From an uncultured Pseudomonadota bacterium (GTDB taxonomy: Bacteria; Pseudomonadota; Gammaproteobacteria; Burkholderiales; SG8-39), in the NCBI GenBank assembly GCA_903921325.1, contig CAIXPL010000004.1, positions 45,744-109,743 of the forward strand: a stretch of 64,000 nucleotides of DNA, in the 5' to 3' direction. This document shows positions 28,715-39,705 of this stretch, in pieces (within the stretch, counting starts at the first letter, position 1; the number at the start of each line of letters is the position of its first letter). A model generated the notes under the pieces. The model saw nothing but the letters and a program-made list of their open reading frames with translations. It made no database searches and had not been told where the DNA came from. Both the position numbers and the translations under genes were made by a program.

Positions 28715-28821
28715 TTTGCTACTCCTGTCTCGATGGGCCGTGCAGGCCAATCCCGCACGAATCCGCCTCGGGGTCCGCGACCAGACACCCTCGGTTTACT
28801 GCCTTGATACCTGCTGTGGTA

Positions 28822-29772
28822 CTACTCGATGAATAGTGAACTCACCGAATCTTCGTTTGATATCCGCAGAATCGTCTCGGCCAGCAGGCCAGAGATCGAC
28901 AGCACGCGGATTTTTGGGGTGGCAAGCGCATCGGCTCGCAGCGGAATCGTATCGGTCACCACCAGCTCATCGAGCGCCGATTCAGCAATCCGCGCCGAAG
29001 CCCCACCCGAGAGCACCGGATGCGTACAGTAGGCCACCACCCGCACCGCACCACGGTCCTTGAGCACCTCGGCGGCCTTGCACAAGGTATTGGCCGTATC
29101 GACCATGTCATCCATGATCACGCAGGTGCGCCCGGACACATCGCCGATGATATTCATCACTTCGGCCACATTCGGTCGTGGCCGACGCTTGTCGATAATC
29201 GCCAGGTCAGACTCAAGACGCTTGGCCAGGGCACGCGCACGCACCACCCCGCCCACATCGGGCGAGACCACGACGACTTTTTCGTAATTGTGCCGCCACA
29301 CATCACCCAGCAGCACCGGCGCAGCGTAGACGTTATCGACCGGCACGTCGAAAAACCCTTGAATCTGATCGGCGTGCAGATCCATGGTGAGTACCCGGTT
29401 CACACCAACGGCTGCGAGCATATTGGCAACCACCTTGGCGCTGATCGCAACGCGCGCTGAACGCGGCCGCCGATCCTGGCGCGCATAGCCAAAGTAGGGA
29501 ATGGCCGCAGTAATGCGACCCGCTGATGCCCGACGCAGCGCGTCGATCATCACCAGCACTTCCATCAGATTGTCATTGGTGGGGGCGCACGTCGATTGCA
29601 GCACGAAGCAATCCTTGCCGCGCACATTCTCGAGAATCTCGACGGTCACTTCGCCATCGGAGAACTTGCCCACCGTGGCATGGCCAATCGGGATATTCAG
29701 CCGCTTGACGACCTGATGCGCAAGCATCGGATTCGCCGTGCCGGTGAACACCATCAGGTTTTCGTAGGCCAT
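28822..29772 (-). CDS. prs: Ribose-phosphate pyrophosphokinase
   Basis: [40 protein letters not shown]. Confidence 0.99.
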   Translation of the reverse strand: MAYENLMVFTGTANPMLAHQVVKRLNIPIGHATVGKFSDGEVTVEILENVRGKDCFVLQSTCAPTNDNLMEVLVMIDALRRASAGRITAAIPYFGYARQDRRPRSARVAISAKVVANMLAAVGVNRVLTMDLHADQIQGFFDVPVDNVYAAPVLLGDVWRHNYEKVVVVSPDVGGVVRARALAKRLESDLAIIDKRRPRPNVAEVMNIIGDVSGRTCVIMDDMVDTANTLCKAAEVLKDRGAVRVVAYCTHPVLSGGASARIAESALDELVVTDTIPLRADALATPKIRVLSISGLLAETILRISNEDSVSSLFIE

Positions 29773-29799
29773 GATCCTGGAAAAAGTGAATGGTGGAAA

Positions 29800-29876
29800 T
29801 GGCTGGGGAGGAAGGACTCGAACCCTCGCATGTCGGAATCAAAATCCGATGCCTTAACCAACTTGGCGACTCCCCA
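29800..29876 (-). tRNA. tRNA-Gln (anticodon TTG), CCA encoded
   Basis: TGGGGAGTCGCCAAGTTGGTTAAGGCATCGGATTTTGATTCCGACATGCGAGGGTTCGAGTCCTTCCTCCCCAGCCA folds as a cloverleaf; usual ispE-tRNA-prs position. Confidence 0.98.
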
Positions 29877-29984
29877 GTGGACTGATCCACCGTACTGCCT
29901 TGACTACCGATACTACCCGTATGACGCTGTGCGGCGTATCACCACGTCGCACTCTATACCGATCAATTCACAATTCAATCATCA

Positions 29985-30839
29985 TCAACACGCGAGCGGG
30001 TGACGATCAAGCCCCGCTGCCACAAAGCCCTGCATTCCGGGCGGCAGTTGCGCAATCACCTCGCGCGCTTGCTGCTCATCATCAAACTGTGCAAACACAC
30101 AGGCACCAGAACCACTCATCCGGGCCGTTGCAAATCGCGTCAACCAGTCCAGATGCACGCCCACTTCGGGGTACCGGCGACGCACCACCGGTTCCAGATC
30201 ATTGCGCGTGTGCTGCCCTGCAAAAAAGGCAGTGATTGTGATCGTTGGGGTGTCTCGTGTCAATGCCGAATCGCTGAATATCGGCCCGGTCGGAACAGAT
30301 ACCGGCGGAACCAGTACCACATACCACGCTGCGGGCAGCGCAATCGGACTCAGACGCTCTCCAACCCCCTCGCCAAAGGCATTGCGGCCGCGCACGAAGA
30401 ACGGCACATCGGCACCAAGGCTGAGACCGATAGCGGCAAGCTCATCCACGCTCAGCCTGAGCGCCCACAACTCGTTCAGCGCAATGAGCGTGGTGGCCGC
30501 ATCGCTGCTGCCACCGCCCAGGCCACCGCCGATCGGAATAGTCTTCTGGACGGTGAGGGTCACCCCGCAGGCACGCGGCGCACGCTCGCGCAGGCTGAGC
30601 GCGGCTCGCATTGCCAGATGCTGATCGTCTGCGGTGCCCGCCAGGGGACTCGCCAGCACGATCTGATCATCACTACGGGGAGTGAGCGTGATCCAGTCAT
30701 AGCAATCGATCAGGCGAAATACGCTTTGCAACAGGTGATAGCCATCGGCCTGTCGTCCGATCACATGCAAAAACAGATTGAGCTTGGCGGGTGCGGGTAA
30801 CGGGATGCCCCAACCGGCGCGAATCGCCTGAGCACTCAT
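29985..30839 (-). CDS. ispE: 4-diphosphocytidyl-2-C-methyl-D-erythritol kinase
   Basis: PAPAKLNLFL, GGGLGGGSSDAA, GADVPFF, RMSGSG. Confidence 0.98.
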   Translation of the reverse strand: MSAQAIRAGWGIPLPAPAKLNLFLHVIGRQADGYHLLQSVFRLIDCYDWITLTPRSDDQIVLASPLAGTADDQHLAMRAALSLRERAPRACGVTLTVQKTIPIGGGLGGGSSDAATTLIALNELWALRLSVDELAAIGLSLGADVPFFVRGRNAFGEGVGERLSPIALPAAWYVVLVPPVSVPTGPIFSDSALTRDTPTITITAFFAGQHTRNDLEPVVRRRYPEVGVHLDWLTRFATARMSGSGACVFAQFDDEQQAREVIAQLPPGMQGFVAAGLDRHPLAC

Positions 30840-31459
30840 GGCGCACCCCAGGTCGACAGGATCAGGCGGATTTGCAAGCCGTCGCGGCGCATATCGATGC
30901 GCGAGGGCAGTGCGGAATCGGTGTGGCGGGCCAGTACATCGATGGTCCATCCAGCCTGATAGAGACTGCGAACCCGCTCATCTGCGCCCAGCACCAGCGG
31001 CGCATCCAGCGGAACCGCCGGCGCCGGTTCACCGCGCAACCAGAAGGGAAGTCCGGCCAGGGGAAGTGAAAAACCCAATGCCCGCTCAGTGAGCGCGTCA
31101 GGGTCATAGGCACGGATTGGCGCCTGGTCGGGTAACTCCAGGGTGTAGAGCGCGTCCTCACGAAGGATATGGGCACGCTGGGAACCGATCGGATCACGGA
31201 TTACGATGTCGTCAGTGCGCTCGGCATGTTGCCATTGCAGGCGTCCACTGCCACCGTCGGATCGATCAGCCCGCCGCTGACTCACCGCGAAGCGGCCGGT
31301 CACCGTGAACCCGTATGCACTCACGCCGGAGGGATCGTTGCTCACATCAGTGTCAGAGGGCAATCCGGCACAGCCGCCCAGCAGGTTCAGCGCGACGAGT
31401 AGCGCAGCCACGCCCCAGGACCGCGTCCAACCACTCCCGGGCCGCAGCGCCATGCTCAT
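30836..31459 (-). CDS. lolB: Outer-membrane lipoprotein insertase LolB
   Basis: Lipobox LGGC, GRFAV, LGFSLPLAGLPFWLRG, QAGW; between TPR gene and ispE. Confidence 0.9.
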   Translation of the reverse strand: MSMALRPGSGWTRSWGVAALLVALNLLGGCAGLPSDTDVSNDPSGVSAYGFTVTGRFAVSQRRADRSDGGSGRLQWQHAERTDDIVIRDPIGSQRAHILREDALYTLELPDQAPIRAYDPDALTERALGFSLPLAGLPFWLRGEPAPAVPLDAPLVLGADERVRSLYQAGWTIDVLARHTDSALPSRIDMRRDGLQIRLILSTWGAP

Positions 31460-31463
31460 CGCT

Positions 31464-33302
31464 TCAATGAGCTTCGCCTGCACTCACTTTGAGGCGTTGC
31501 AGCGTACTTTTGAGTGTTTCGTTGTCGGGTGATCGACGCAGCGCATCGGTCCATACCTTGCTGGCCTCATCGCGTCGACCCATTTGCCACAGGACCTCGC
31601 CCAGATGCGCGCCGATCTCGGTATCGGGACGCCCGGCATAGGCTTGCTGAAGAGTCTGCAGCGCACCACTCAGATCACCCTGGCGGAATTGAACCCAGCC
31701 CAGACTGTCCTTGATAAAAAAATCTTCCGGGGCGAGACGCACAGCATGTTCGATCAGTTCACGCGCCTCGGCCAGGCGTAATCCTCGATCGGCGAGCGAA
31801 TATCCCAGAGCGTTGTACGCCTGCGCCTGATCAGGCTTGATCGCGATCACCCGGCGCAGGCTGCGCTCCATCACCTCGATGCGGTTCAACCGCTCGGCGA
31901 GCATGCCCTGCTCGTAGAGCAGCTCGGCGTCGTCAGGATGCTGTACGAGCGCTCGGTCGATCAGGTCAAACGCTTCTTCTGGCCGCTTTGCATCGCGCAG
32001 CAATTGTGTCTCGATGAGCAGATCGGCAATCCGCTGTTCGCGAGCGACCTCGCCGCCCTCCTTGGCTGGTGTATGCAAAAACGCTCGCGCACCCGCCAGA
32101 TCACCGGATTTGCCCATCGCAAGCGCAAGACGCGTTCGCGCTGCCCGGTAGTGCTCACCAGGACTCACCTGGCGATACGATTCGATCGCCTCGGCGTAGC
32201 GCTTCTGCTCTTCGATCGCCTGCCCCAGGTACAGGTGAACCAGATCCTGATCCGGATAGTTGATTTCCAGCAACTGGCGCAGATAGCGCTCAGCCTCCGG
32301 ATAGTCTTCCAATTGCAGAGAAATCAGCGCCACCGGGTAAATCACTTCGGGATTGTCAGGATAGGCCTCGGCAAGGCGACGGAACTCGATTCGCGCCTGG
32401 TCGAACTGACCGCTTGCGGCGAGCGAGCGGGCATAGGCCAGCCGGACGTCGGCTGCCTTGGGGTGCGTAGCGCTGAACTGCCGCAGTCGCTCCTGCGCCT
32501 GCGCAGGCGAGCGTTTGCCAATGATCTGCGCCTCGAGCAGGACCGGGAGTTCCCAATCGGCGCGCTGTGTTGCCGCCGTTCGAGCATGGGTCAGCGCCAA
32601 TTCGCTATCGTCGGCCACGGCTGCCACTTGCGCCAAGGCCATGTGTGCCGCGGCGTTATCCGGATAAGGCGCGGCCAGCTCGCGCATCAGACGCAGTGCC
32701 GCCGCCTTGTCGGGAACACCCGAGAGGAGTCGGCCCAATTGCAGGAAGGGTCGATCATCGGTCGCCTTGGCCAGCATCCGCGTGAGCCCGGGCTTGGCCT
32801 CCTCCAGTCGATTGGTTGCCACCAGGATCTGCAGCATCCAGCCGCCAGCGTCCACTGAATTGGGTTCCAGCTCTCCCCAAAGGCTTGCCGCATTGAGCGC
32901 GACCTGCGGCATCCGGGCGGCCCAGGCGACTTCAGTGGCGCGCTGGGCCACGCGCGGATCACGTAACTTGCGCGCCAGATCGAGATAGGCCTCGGCACCC
33001 AACTGTGGCTTGCCACGCTGTAGCGCAATCTCGGCAACCAGGAATTCATACACGAGAGCGCCGTTCAACTCGGTTGGCGCGCTGGGCGTGGCACGCGCGA
33101 GCGAGCCGGGCTCAGGAATACGCTTTTGTGGAAATCCCTGTGCGAGCAAGGGTCGCGCCATCAGGGCCTGTACCCCGAGCACCAGCGCCACACCGGCGAT
33201 GACCGCGACGATGAGGATGCTGACTCGCGCGGCGCGGCCAAGCACGGCTGGCGCCGGAGAGGAACCCGCCGCAGGCGCGGGCATGACAATCGGGGGGAGC
33301 AT
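31464..33302 (-). CDS. Tetratricopeptide-repeat protein (start uncertain)
   Basis: LVAEIALQRG, AYNALGYSLADR, DSLGWV, EIGAHLGEVLW. Confidence 0.9.
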   Translation of the reverse strand: MLPPIVMPAPAAGSSPAPAVLGRAARVSILIVAVIAGVALVLGVQALMARPLLAQGFPQKRIPEPGSLARATPSAPTELNGALVYEFLVAEIALQRGKPQLGAEAYLDLARKLRDPRVAQRATEVAWAARMPQVALNAASLWGELEPNSVDAGGWMLQILVATNRLEEAKPGLTRMLAKATDDRPFLQLGRLLSGVPDKAAALRLMRELAAPYPDNAAAHMALAQVAAVADDSELALTHARTAATQRADWELPVLLEAQIIGKRSPAQAQERLRQFSATHPKAADVRLAYARSLAASGQFDQARIEFRRLAEAYPDNPEVIYPVALISLQLEDYPEAERYLRQLLEINYPDQDLVHLYLGQAIEEQKRYAEAIESYRQVSPGEHYRAARTRLALAMGKSGDLAGARAFLHTPAKEGGEVAREQRIADLLIETQLLRDAKRPEEAFDLIDRALVQHPDDAELLYEQGMLAERLNRIEVMERSLRRVIAIKPDQAQAYNALGYSLADRGLRLAEARELIEHAVRLAPEDFFIKDSLGWVQFRQGDLSGALQTLQQAYAGRPDTEIGAHLGEVLWQMGRRDEASKVWTDALRRSPDNETLKSTLQRLKVSAGEAH

Positions 33303-33467
33303 GAGTGAGCTTGAGTTTAGGTATATTTCGGCGACGCTACAACCAGTTTCGGCCCGCGCATGGCAATGATGACACGCTTGGCCTGCACGAATCCATAACG
33401 AATGCATCAGGCTGTTACCGGTTGCTGCCGGCGCACAGCGCCCGCCCCGGCGCGCCACGAGATCCCC

Positions 33468-34286
33468 ATGCCCGAATTACCCGAAGTCGAAGTCACCCGC
33501 CGCGGGCTTGTTCCCGTCATGGAAGATGCCCTCATCGAGCGGGTTATCGTACGCAATCGATCGCTGCGCTGGCCGGTCCCGGACCTTATTGAAACGCTGC
33601 TGGCGGGCCGCATTGTGCGGGCGATCGAGCGGCGCGCAAAGTACCTGTTGTTCCGCTTTGATCACGGCACGATGATCGTGCATCTGGGCATGTCTGGCAG
33701 TCTGCGTCCGGTCGATCGCCGCAGCCCGCCAACGCCATGGGATCATGTGGAGTGGCAACTGGGTGGCGGTGAGCGCGCCGTGCGTTTGCGCGACCCGCGC
33801 CGGTTCGGATCAGTGCTGTGGCATGTCGGCGAACCAGGCGAACACCCCCTGCTCGCCCGGTTGGGCGTCGAGCCACTCAGCCCTGCATTCGATGGTGAAT
33901 TGCTCTATCGCGCCTCGCGCGGTCGGCACAGCGCGGTGAAGGTTTTCTTGATGGATGCGGCCATCGTGGTCGGCGTAGGCAACATCTACGCGAGCGAAAG
34001 CCTGTTTCGCGCCGGCATTCATCCGGCCACGGCTGCCGGTCGCATTCGACGTGAGCGCTATGACCGCCTGGCCGAGGTCGTGCGCGCGACTTTGAACGAC
34101 GCACTGGCCGCCGGGGGCAGCACACTGCGCGATTTCGTTGGCGGTGACGGCAAACCGGGTTACTTCCAGCAAAGCTATTTTGTCTATGGCCGCGAGGGCG
34201 AACCTTGCCTTCGCTGCGCCCGACCGATACGCCGCATCGTGCAGGGCCAGCGATCGAGCTTTTATTGCCCGTCCTGCCAGCACTAG
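33468..34286 (+). CDS. mutM: Formamidopyrimidine-DNA glycosylase
   Basis: [30 protein letters not shown]-terminal zinc finger. Confidence 0.99.
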   Translation: MPELPEVEVTRRGLVPVMEDALIERVIVRNRSLRWPVPDLIETLLAGRIVRAIERRAKYLLFRFDHGTMIVHLGMSGSLRPVDRRSPPTPWDHVEWQLGGGERAVRLRDPRRFGSVLWHVGEPGEHPLLARLGVEPLSPAFDGELLYRASRGRHSAVKVFLMDAAIVVGVGNIYASESLFRAGIHPATAAGRIRRERYDRLAEVVRATLNDALAAGGSTLRDFVGGDGKPGYFQQSYFVYGREGEPCLRCARPIRRIVQGQRSSFYCPSCQH

Positions 34287-34397
34287 GGGCCGATCCGTCC
34301 GGTGCGCAGCACCGGGTGCCACGTGCCAGGTGTCGAAGGCCAAACGCCATGCGCCAAGCGGATCGGTTCGCGCGATGATCAAGCGCTGCGCAGCGCC

Positions 34398-35144
<747 letters not shown>

Positions 35145-35145
<1 letters not shown>

Positions 35146-35729
35146 TATTGATCTGCTCCGCTAGCGTCTGCTTGCCCGGCAAGCGCGTAATGCACCGCAC
35201 CGGCGCGACCTGATTTCAGTATCTGCAAGCCGGCTCCCGGCTGATATTTGCTTTCCATCTCAACATAGATCAACGAGCGTTCTGCCAGCACCGGGGCGAG
35301 CAGCGGTTCAATACGTGCGATCCAGTCTGCGCCAAACGGAGGATCAAGAAAAACCACGTCAAACAAGACCTCGGGGCTACGCTGCCGTCCCATCGCGCGC
35401 AGGAATTCTAGCGCATCGCATTGCAAGATCGTTGCACGGTCGGTGCCGATCGCTTTTGCGAACTCGCGCAATTGTCCGGTCGCCTCGCGCGACTGGTCGG
35501 TCATCACGACTTCGCGAGCATGGCGCGAAATCGCCTCAAACCCCAGTGCGCCGCTGCCAGCGAACAGATCGAGGCAGCGCCGTCCGGTCAAATCCTGTCC
35601 GAGCCAGTTGAACAGCGTTTCCCGCACGCGGTCTGGCGTTGGACGCAATCCGGGTTGATCGACGAAGCGCAGACGCCGCCCGCGATGCTCACCGCCGATG
35701 ATGCGTACCGTATTGCTGCGTGGGGTCAC
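35145..35729 (-). CDS. rsmD: 16S rRNA m2G966 methyltransferase
   Basis: [35 protein letters not shown]. Confidence 0.97.
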
Positions 35730-35908
35730 CGCGAATTGACCAGAGGACTGATGAGAGGAGGGAATGCGAATAGAATCGGGCGGGCACCGATTATGCCATC
35801 GGTGCACCGGGACTCCGCCGCGTACGTTGCCGCGGGTTCCGTGACTCCTTGCAGGCGGTCGTACCACCCCCGCATACTTTCTTTACCTCCTCTGACGCCT
35901 GTCGCCCC

Positions 35909-36979
35909 ATGTTTGGTTTATTTCGCAAGTCCCCACCGTCTGCTGGCAACCCTTCAGCGTCCGGGCAAACACCCGAGACCCCTGCGGATGTCCCCGCCGG
36001 CCCGGTGCATGAGCAGCCATCAGCTGCTGCCACTACAGCAGCGGCCACTCCACATCATGTGCCCGAGCGCAGCTGGTTCGGGCGACTGAAACAGGGCCTG
36101 CGCAAGACCGGCAGTGCATTGAGCGGGTTGCTGGGTGCCGGCCGGATCGACGAGGCCCTGTTTGAGGACCTTGAGACCGCATTGATCCAGGCCGATGCCG
36201 GACTGGGTGCAACCAATCATCTGATCACCGCACTGCGTGCCCGCGTGCGCAAAGATCGCCTGGAAACAGCCGCCGAGCTCAAGACCGCGCTGCAGGAAGA
36301 GCTGGTGAGTCTGCTCACCCCGCTCGAGCAAGCGCTCGATTATCGCCGTGCAAAGCCGTTTGTGATCATGGTCGCCGGGGTCAACGGCACCGGCAAGACC
36401 ACCTCCATAGGCAAGCTTGCGCATCATTTTCAGGGCGAAGGGGCGAGTGTACTGCTGGCCGCCGGGGACACTTTCCGCGCTGCTGCCCGCGAGCAATTGA
36501 CCGAATGGGGTGCGCGCAATCAGGTCAGTGTGATCGCGCAGGACAATGCCGATCCAGCAGCAGTGGTGTTTGACGCGGTGGCAGCGGCGCAGGCCCGCGG
36601 CATCGATGTGCTCATTGCCGACACCGCAGGTCGCTTGCCAACCCAGTTGCATCTGATGGAGGAAATCCGCAAGGTGAAGCGGGTGATCAGCAAGGCCGAC
36701 CCACAGGCCCCACACGAGGTGCTGGTGGTGCTCGATGCCAACACCGGTCAGAACGCACTCGCACAGGTCAAAGCGTTTGACGAAGCCCTCGGCGTGACCG
36801 GCATCGTGATGACCAAGCTCGATGGCACAGCGCGCGGGGGCGTGGTGGCTGCGATCGCCTTTGCGCGTTCACGCGCTCAAGGCGCGCCTATCCCGATCCG
36901 CTTTATTGGGGTTGGGGAAGGCATCGATGACTTGAAGCCCTTTGTCGCGGCGGACTTTGCACGCGCATTGCTCGACTGA
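35909..36979 (+). CDS. ftsY: SRP receptor FtsY
   Basis: GVNGTGKTT, DTFRAAA, DTAGRL, TKLDG, IGVGE. Confidence 0.98.
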   Translation: MFGLFRKSPPSAGNPSASGQTPETPADVPAGPVHEQPSAAATTAAATPHHVPERSWFGRLKQGLRKTGSALSGLLGAGRIDEALFEDLETALIQADAGLGATNHLITALRARVRKDRLETAAELKTALQEELVSLLTPLEQALDYRRAKPFVIMVAGVNGTGKTTSIGKLAHHFQGEGASVLLAAGDTFRAAAREQLTEWGARNQVSVIAQDNADPAAVVFDAVAAAQARGIDVLIADTAGRLPTQLHLMEEIRKVKRVISKADPQAPHEVLVVLDANTGQNALAQVKAFDEALGVTGIVMTKLDGTARGGVVAAIAFARSRAQGAPIPIRFIGVGEGIDDLKPFVAADFARALLD

Positions 36980-37036
36980 GCGTTTGCGCCGCGGCGTGGC
37001 ACAGCGCAGGCCGTCAGCGCCTCGCCGGGGCACCGG

Positions 37037-37074
37037 CAACCCGCGGTCGGCACCGTTGCGCCGACCGCGGGTTG
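37037..37074. terminator. Perfect 15-bp stem-loop between convergent genes
   Basis: CAACCCGCGGTCGGC-8 nt-GCCGACCGCGGGTTG; weak U-tail. Confidence 0.6.
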
Positions 37075-37105
37075 TTGGCGGCGTCGGCACCGCACTATTC
37101 CCGCA

Positions 37106-37906
37106 CTATTGCCGCCAGTCGATATAGCGGCCTGCGCGCACCATTTCCATACGTCGTACGGCGCCCTCGAACACCAGGCGCGGCACCGTGCCCGCAGGAT
37201 CGAACGCACTTGCATCCTTGCCTGACTGGCGGCGCACCGCCTCGTCAAGCACGGTGTCCCCGCCAGCCATCGAGGCAGCAGCCAGTTGCACCTCGCAGGC
37301 GCGCTGCAGCGTCCAGCAGCGAAAAAAGGCCTGCGGCAGCGTCTGCCCGGTGACCAGCAATCCGTGGTTGCGCAATATGAGCACATTGCTCTTGCCAAGA
37401 CTCGACACAAGACGTTCGCGCTCGTCGCTGCGCACGGTGATGCCCTCAAAGTCGTGATAGCTCACGTCGCCGTACAAGATCGCCCCATAGAAATCGTCAT
37501 GGCGTAGCCCGCCGGCCTTGCAGGCCACTGCCATACCGGCTGTGGTGTGGGTATGCATGACGCACTGGGCATCCGGGCGAGCGCCATGGATCGCCCCGTG
37601 AATGGCAAACGCGGCCGGATTGCCGCGCCAGGGGCTGTCATCGACATTGGCCCCGTGGATATCGACTTTGATGAGATTCGATGCGCAGACTTCGGCGTAA
37701 TTAAGGCCAAACGGATTCACCAGATAATGATGTTCAGGGCCGGGTACGCGCAGTGAAATATGGTTGAAGATCGCTTCGTGCCAGCCCAGATAATCAAAGA
37801 CCTGATAACAGGCGGCCAATTCCAGCCGCAGCGCCCATTCCACCGGATCCATCGCGCGCGGCGGTTCGCTCGCGCGGCCTGGAAAGGCAAGTTCACTTGG
37901 AGTCAT
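37106..37906 (-). CDS. Class II aldolase/adducin family protein (paralog of 6701-7450)
   Basis: NHISLRVP, VNPFG, HTHT, LRNHG. Confidence 0.92.
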   Translation of the reverse strand: MTPSELAFPGRASEPPRAMDPVEWALRLELAACYQVFDYLGWHEAIFNHISLRVPGPEHHYLVNPFGLNYAEVCASNLIKVDIHGANVDDSPWRGNPAAFAIHGAIHGARPDAQCVMHTHTTAGMAVACKAGGLRHDDFYGAILYGDVSYHDFEGITVRSDERERLVSSLGKSNVLILRNHGLLVTGQTLPQAFFRCWTLQRACEVQLAAASMAGGDTVLDEAVRRQSGKDASAFDPAGTVPRLVFEGAVRRMEMVRAGRYIDWRQ

Positions 37907-37918
37907 CGGGGTATTCCT

Positions 37919-39556
37919 TCAATGATGGGTGGAGGGGCGCTCGCCAGGGTCGGCCACCGCGACTGCGGCAAGCACACGCTGCAATTCGGTCTTCTGTACC
38001 TTGCCCATTGCATTTTTTGGCAGGCTATCCAGAAAGAACACCCGTCGCGGGTGCTTGAACCGGGCAATGCGCTCGTGAAACCGCGCCATCACCCCTGCCG
38101 CATCGAGCGTCGATCCGGACTGGCGTACGACCGCGGCGACCGCGACTTCTCCCCAGCGATCATCAGGCTGGCCCACGACCGCCGCCTCGATGATCTCCGG
38201 ACAATCACTCAGAACATTTTCCAGTTCGGCCGGATAGATGTTCTCGCCGCCGCTGATGATCATGTCCTTGGAGCGTCCGACAACATAGTAAAAACCCCGT
38301 TCGTCGACACGCGCCAGATCGCCGCTGTGAAACCAGCCGTCACGAAAGGATGGATTGTCGGAATCGGCCCAATACCCTTTCATCAGTGCGGGGCCACGCA
38401 GCCAGATCTCGCCGATTTCACCGGGCGCAACGTCGGCACCCTGGTCATCGACCAGCCGGACATCAACGTGAAGCCCGACCCGGCCGGTACTGCCCAGGGC
38501 GAGCAGGGCATCTTCACGTTTGAGATAGATCGAGACCGGACCGGTTTCGGTCGACCCGTACACCTGCGTCACCGGTACCCCGCGATCAAGAAAGGGGCGC
38601 ATCAGGGCTTCGGGCACCGTTGAGGAGCCCGTATTGAGCATGCGCAGCGAGCTCAGGTCAGTCGAGAGCCAGTCCGGGTGACCAATCACCGCCTTCAGTG
38701 TGGCGGGCACCAGCAATGACAGAGTGGGGCGCACTTGCGCAACATCGTGCAGCCACGCCGCCGGATCAAAGCGCGCATGAACGCTCACCGTCGCCCCGGC
38801 GTGCAGGGCCGGCAGCGTCTGTATGCACAGGCCACCAACATGAAACATCGGCAGACTCGATAGCACATGATCGGCGCGGGTCAGATCGTGATAATCGATT
38901 GAATTGATCGCATTCCAGATCAACGCCTGCTGCGTATGCACCGCCCCCTTGGGGCGTCCGGTGGTGCCTGAGGTATAGACGATCAGCACCGGATCGTGAT
39001 CGTCACCCGAAAACGGCAGCGCGGCGCGACGCAGAGCCTGCTCGGCGAGTGTCTCAGGGGCGGTGATGTCCTCCCAGCGCAGGACAGCCGCAGGGGCCGA
39101 GGGGTCTGCCGCATCCACGTTAGCGGCTGCATGCGCCGGCGTGTCCTCGGCGCCGGGTTGCGCGCCAACATCCATCAACACCGGCAGACAGGCTGTCGAG
39201 TGCGCCGTCAGTGCCATCGCCGTCTCATGAAACCCCGCCCCAGCGACCAGAATGCGCGATTGGGCGTGATCCAGAATCGACTGCAATTCCGGTCGCGCCA
39301 GACGGAAATTAAGGGGTATCAGTACAGCGCCGATCCGTGCCAGCGCAAACAGTAGACACAGCATCTCCGGATGGTTGTACCCAAGGTAGGCGACATGGTC
39401 GCCTCGCGACACACCAAGGCGATGCGCGAGCGCGCTGCTCACCAACTCGATGCGTTGCCACAACGCGCGATAGCTGATGCTGTTGCCCTCAAAGCGCAGT
39501 GCCGCCTGCTCGGGCTGAAACTGCGCGTGCCGCTCGATGATGCGCGACAGATTCAT
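37919..39556 (-). CDS. Acyl-CoA synthetase (AMP-forming)
   Basis: YTSGTTGRPKG, YGSTE, WFHSGD, SGGENIYP, PKNAMGK. Confidence 0.95.
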   Translation of the reverse strand: MNLSRIIERHAQFQPEQAALRFEGNSISYRALWQRIELVSSALAHRLGVSRGDHVAYLGYNHPEMLCLLFALARIGAVLIPLNFRLARPELQSILDHAQSRILVAGAGFHETAMALTAHSTACLPVLMDVGAQPGAEDTPAHAAANVDAADPSAPAAVLRWEDITAPETLAEQALRRAALPFSGDDHDPVLIVYTSGTTGRPKGAVHTQQALIWNAINSIDYHDLTRADHVLSSLPMFHVGGLCIQTLPALHAGATVSVHARFDPAAWLHDVAQVRPTLSLLVPATLKAVIGHPDWLSTDLSSLRMLNTGSSTVPEALMRPFLDRGVPVTQVYGSTETGPVSIYLKREDALLALGSTGRVGLHVDVRLVDDQGADVAPGEIGEIWLRGPALMKGYWADSDNPSFRDGWFHSGDLARVDERGFYYVVGRSKDMIISGGENIYPAELENVLSDCPEIIEAAVVGQPDDRWGEVAVAAVVRQSGSTLDAAGVMARFHERIARFKHPRRVFFLDSLPKNAMGKVQKTELQRVLAAVAVADPGERPSTHH

Positions 39557-39648
39557 GGCCGCATGGGCGCTGCGCGCAATGCCACCTCAATCATCCTTGC
39601 CATTTCATCTGCCCGCTCAGACCCGATGTGGCCCCTGGTGCCCGCCGC

Positions 39649-39702
39649 GCCCTGCTCACTGGTCTTGCCCTCCTCACGAGTCTTGCCGTGCTCACTGGGC
39701 TT
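39649..39702. repeat. Imperfect 18-bp tandem repeat, 3 copies
   Basis: GCCCTGCTCACTGGTCTT / GCCCTCCTCACGAGTCTT / GCCGTGCTCACTGGGCTT. Confidence 0.75.
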
Positions 39703-39705
39703 GAT

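Noticed and set aside
29800-29876. tRNA-Gln as an island attachment site
   Set aside because: Flanked by core ispE and prs; no duplicated 3' end seen
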